From NCBI GenBank assembly GCA_002269645.1, contig NIVC01001518.1, positions 186,001 to 250,000 of the forward strand: a stretch of 64,000 bases of DNA, read 5' to 3'. The notes beneath the pieces are model-generated. The model did not search any database and had not been told where the DNA came from. It worked only from the letters and a program-made list of their open reading frames with translations. Shown in pieces: positions 60,979 to 64,000 of this stretch (within the stretch, counting starts at the first letter, position 1; each line of letters opens with the position of its first letter). A program made the position numbers and the translations under genes. Origin of the DNA: Macrostomum lignano (lineage: Eukaryota).

Positions 60979-63765
60979 CACTGTAAATCTGAAGGGTCCG
61001 AACAGGGTCCGTATTTATACTTTGGACCCTTCACCGAAAAGGTCCAAAAAATAAATTACTTAAAATATTAAAAAACACATTTTTGTCTTCTATTTAGAAG
61101 AAATGCAACCATAATACGCTTTTAAAACTGTAATTAACTATCGGCAATCGAACTTAATCTGTCTTTAGCTTAGAAAAAAATATATAAAAACATTACTCGT
61201 AATTTTCGAAAGTATATTACTTAATAACTATGGTATTGTGCCTATTGAAAAAGTAATCATTTACATTGATGTTTTTTTGATTGAAATATTTTATCCCTGA
61301 GATTAGGTAATTTATTAAAGGAAAGTTTGTTATTATGTTTTTGTTGAGTCTTAGTTTTTACTGATCAAAGTGTCAATCGCAGTTTAAAGTTTGTGTTTAA
61401 GTAAGCTGGCCGGCCGGCGCACTCCTTATTCTCAGTGAAAGCTGAGTGCAGTAATATAATTCTTGTTAATTGTATTGGTTAATTAGGCCTAGTCATTTTA
61501 TTCCTTTATATTCTCAAGAAAATATTTTATATATACATTTTCTACTTATTCTGTTTAATAATAATATTTATTGATACAGGTTGCAAAAGTACATTATTTA
61601 TTTTTGTATTTTGTACATTCTTGGTCAATCTCAGTTTAGTACTTTTACTTTGCAGTAAATACTGTAATTTATTAAAAAAAGCGATCTTTAGGCTTAGCTA
61701 CTTGGCTAGTTTACGCCTAGCTAGGCCTTAGTACATGAAAAATAGTCTTAATGCTGCTGCTAATGCTATAGGCCCACTATAAGGGATTGTAGGTAATTCA
61801 GAACTGAGGGATTTAGATGTACTGTAAGTGCTTTTTCTAATAAGGATTTTTTTGGAGATTATTTGTCATATTAAGCTTCATTATTCTTTTGGTTGTAAAT
61901 GTTTTTTTATGTCCAGTTGAGGGATGTTTCTATTATAGTAGTACTTACTATATTGACAGACTTCAATTTCAAGCCCATGCATAGGCTGCCTATCATATAC
62001 ATAAGAAAAACAATAGGCTGCCTATCATATACATAAGAAAAACAATAGGGCCTAGGGTCTACTTTTCCTAATGCCAGTAGGTGACAATGTGTTATTAAGA
62101 AATTTAGAACTAGGTAGCAGTATTACTAATATAATGACAATAAAATGTTTAAAGAAGTTGAGAATCATCTGGATACTTGCAGTATTGAAACTATTAGGGT
62201 CTAATAGGGCCTATTGCCAATATTGGCACTAATAATGTTTTGCAGCTTTAGGTCAAAGGCAAGAAACTAAGCATACTATGATCAATGTCAATGTGCAAGA
62301 ATATAAATAGTCTGTTGAAGATATCCATAAGAATAGGGCCTATCAAAAGAATCTTATATAGAAAGTTTGTTCATTTTAATTAAAGTCTAATAATTTTATA
62401 ATCCCAGAGCAAAAATCAAAGCTGCCAGTTGTATGAGTTAGTTAAAGAAATAATATTAAAATTTGCTGAAGAGTGAAGACTCTTTTACTATTTGAACAAT
62501 TCTTAATATAGAGTGATTTCCCTGTTTTGTTTGTAGTTGTCATAGTCATAAAGGTATTTTAGATCTTGAAGAAATTATATATTATTGTTAGAACATCTGC
62601 TTTTTAATCAAAAGATATTAGATATTTTATATGCAAGTTTTAATTTAGTTTAATCATTGTGTACATCACTTTTAACTTCCAGCACATTTCAACTCTGGAG
62701 GCTTTCGGAAGTAGTGGAGGTTCTGGCTGAATGGACTTCGAAAAAGAGCTTCCAGGAGGCCTGCTGTACTTCTGCTTGACACTCTTTGGTAGATTTGTAT
62801 TTTAAAATTGGTTTTTAAAGACTCATTAAATTGCTTGTGGACTTGTATATTGAATTATCCAATGAACTTTTTGGGGTCATATAGGACTGCATGAATGATT
62901 TAAAGGGTTTAAAAATCAAGTAGCAAAAAGACTTGTGTAAATGGGCAGGGTGACTGCGGTCAGGGAAAACTAAGGAAAGTTTGGAGTGGAGAACTTAAAA
63001 GAAAAGATTTAATAGATAAGCTATAGCTTACCACCCAAACAATCGCCTCTCAAACACCTAACAAAGAATTGAGAGTTTAAAAAGGCGTCGCCAAACGCAC
63101 TGAATGTGTCAATATTTTGTTTAGAATTTTTAGCTTTTGTTTAGTGTCGTTTGTTAATTTGGTAATTAATGCTGCTTTGGTTATGTGAATATACATCAAG
63201 ATTATTTAAATTTTGCAATTTTGCATTGTTAAGCCATAATCCATGGCTCAAGTCAAACTATTTTTATGTATATAATAATTTGTGTTAGCTGCAGTGCTGC
63301 AACATGCTGCATTTTATTTTTGCGTGCTTGCGTTTTTTGTTTATAATCCTAAACTTAAATGAATATAAATATACTACAGTCTATGTATTAAAATACAAAA
63401 TACAGCTAAGTGCATGTACAAGTTTTAAAAACTTAGTAGTGGAACAAAAAAAGGAATTGACTGACTTGCTGGCTTGCTGCATATTGGTTATTAATTTTTA
63501 AAGCCATAAAAATTGCAACTGCAGGAACTTTTTAGGTAAACCAATAATTGCACTTTTGGGGACCATTTTTATTTGGGACCCTTAAAACGTCCATTATTTC
63601 GATGCTCTGGACCCTTAATTATGGACCCTTATGGACCATATTTTGGACCCTACTATGCGGACCTTTTTTAATACGGACCCTTTAAGGGTCCGTTATATCG
63701 ACGCTCCGGACCCTTTAATATGGACCCTTCCTGGACCCTTTTTCGGACCCTTCCAATTTACAGTG
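60979..63765. mobile_element. Non-autonomous CACTA/EnSpm-type element (CACTG termini), 2787 bp
   Basis: ~24-bp TIR CACTGTAAAT..GAAGGGTCCGAA at both ends; 2-bp TSD TG; GGACCC/GGGTCC subterminal repeats; AT-rich non-coding interior. Confidence 0.88.
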
Positions 63766-63767
63766 TG

Positions 63768-63880
63768 GGAATCTCTGCCAGCTTGTCCGCTACCCGAGGG
63801 CTACCGGGCGAGCGACCATGCACCTCCTGGGCTCTCCGAAGGGGGACCGCGCTGCGGACCCAGCACCACCGGATCTCTTT
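63768..63880 (+). mobile_element. Continuation of the LINE fragment after the CACTG insertion
   Basis: gaatctctgccagct.gtccgctacc..agggctaccgggcgagcgac resumes where the 60978 piece stops, relative to the 52390 copy. Confidence 0.82.
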
Positions 63881-64000
63881 GCGCGATGAGTCTCTAGATG
63901 AGAATCAAATGGAATAACGCGCAAACTTTCCCGCATTCTCTGGAATGCAAATCTATTTACGAGTCGGAATGCCAAGCCTATGCTCTAACTACCTCTAACA

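Overview
Repeat-rich animal genomic DNA (GT-AG introns of 70-170 nt, a TTAGGG tract); the species cannot be determined from the sequence. The main feature is a decaying Polinton/Maverick (adintovirus-like) element at 12993-44131. It has AGTAG...CTACT termini and a perfect 6-bp target-site duplication (CTAGTG, 12987-12992 and 44132-44137). The core (13.7-24.4 kb) encodes minor and major capsid proteins, packaging ATPase, cysteine protease, protein-primed PolB, a pX-like peptide precursor, a DDE integrase and a parvovirus-type PLA2; most of the enzyme genes carry lesions. Unusual parts are a 79-aa ORF inside the TIR that looks conserved at the protein level, an intact two-exon gene of unknown function, an orphan TIR from a sister subfamily, and a right TIR split into three pieces. 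The splits are a TG...CA insert and a 14-kb block holding a CACTA/EnSpm-type transposase, a divergent 5-exon partner gene, a tRNA-like sequence, a 5.5-kb satellite and telomeric repeats. Outside the Polinton lie a Gypsy pol fragment, a 3-exon Ly6/three-finger-like gene, a foldback element, several satellites, LINE 3' fragments, a hAT-type MITE, a 2.8-kb non-autonomous CACTG element and a 2-exon secreted Cys-repeat protein gene. All family assignments come from motif recognition by eye; no database searches were run.
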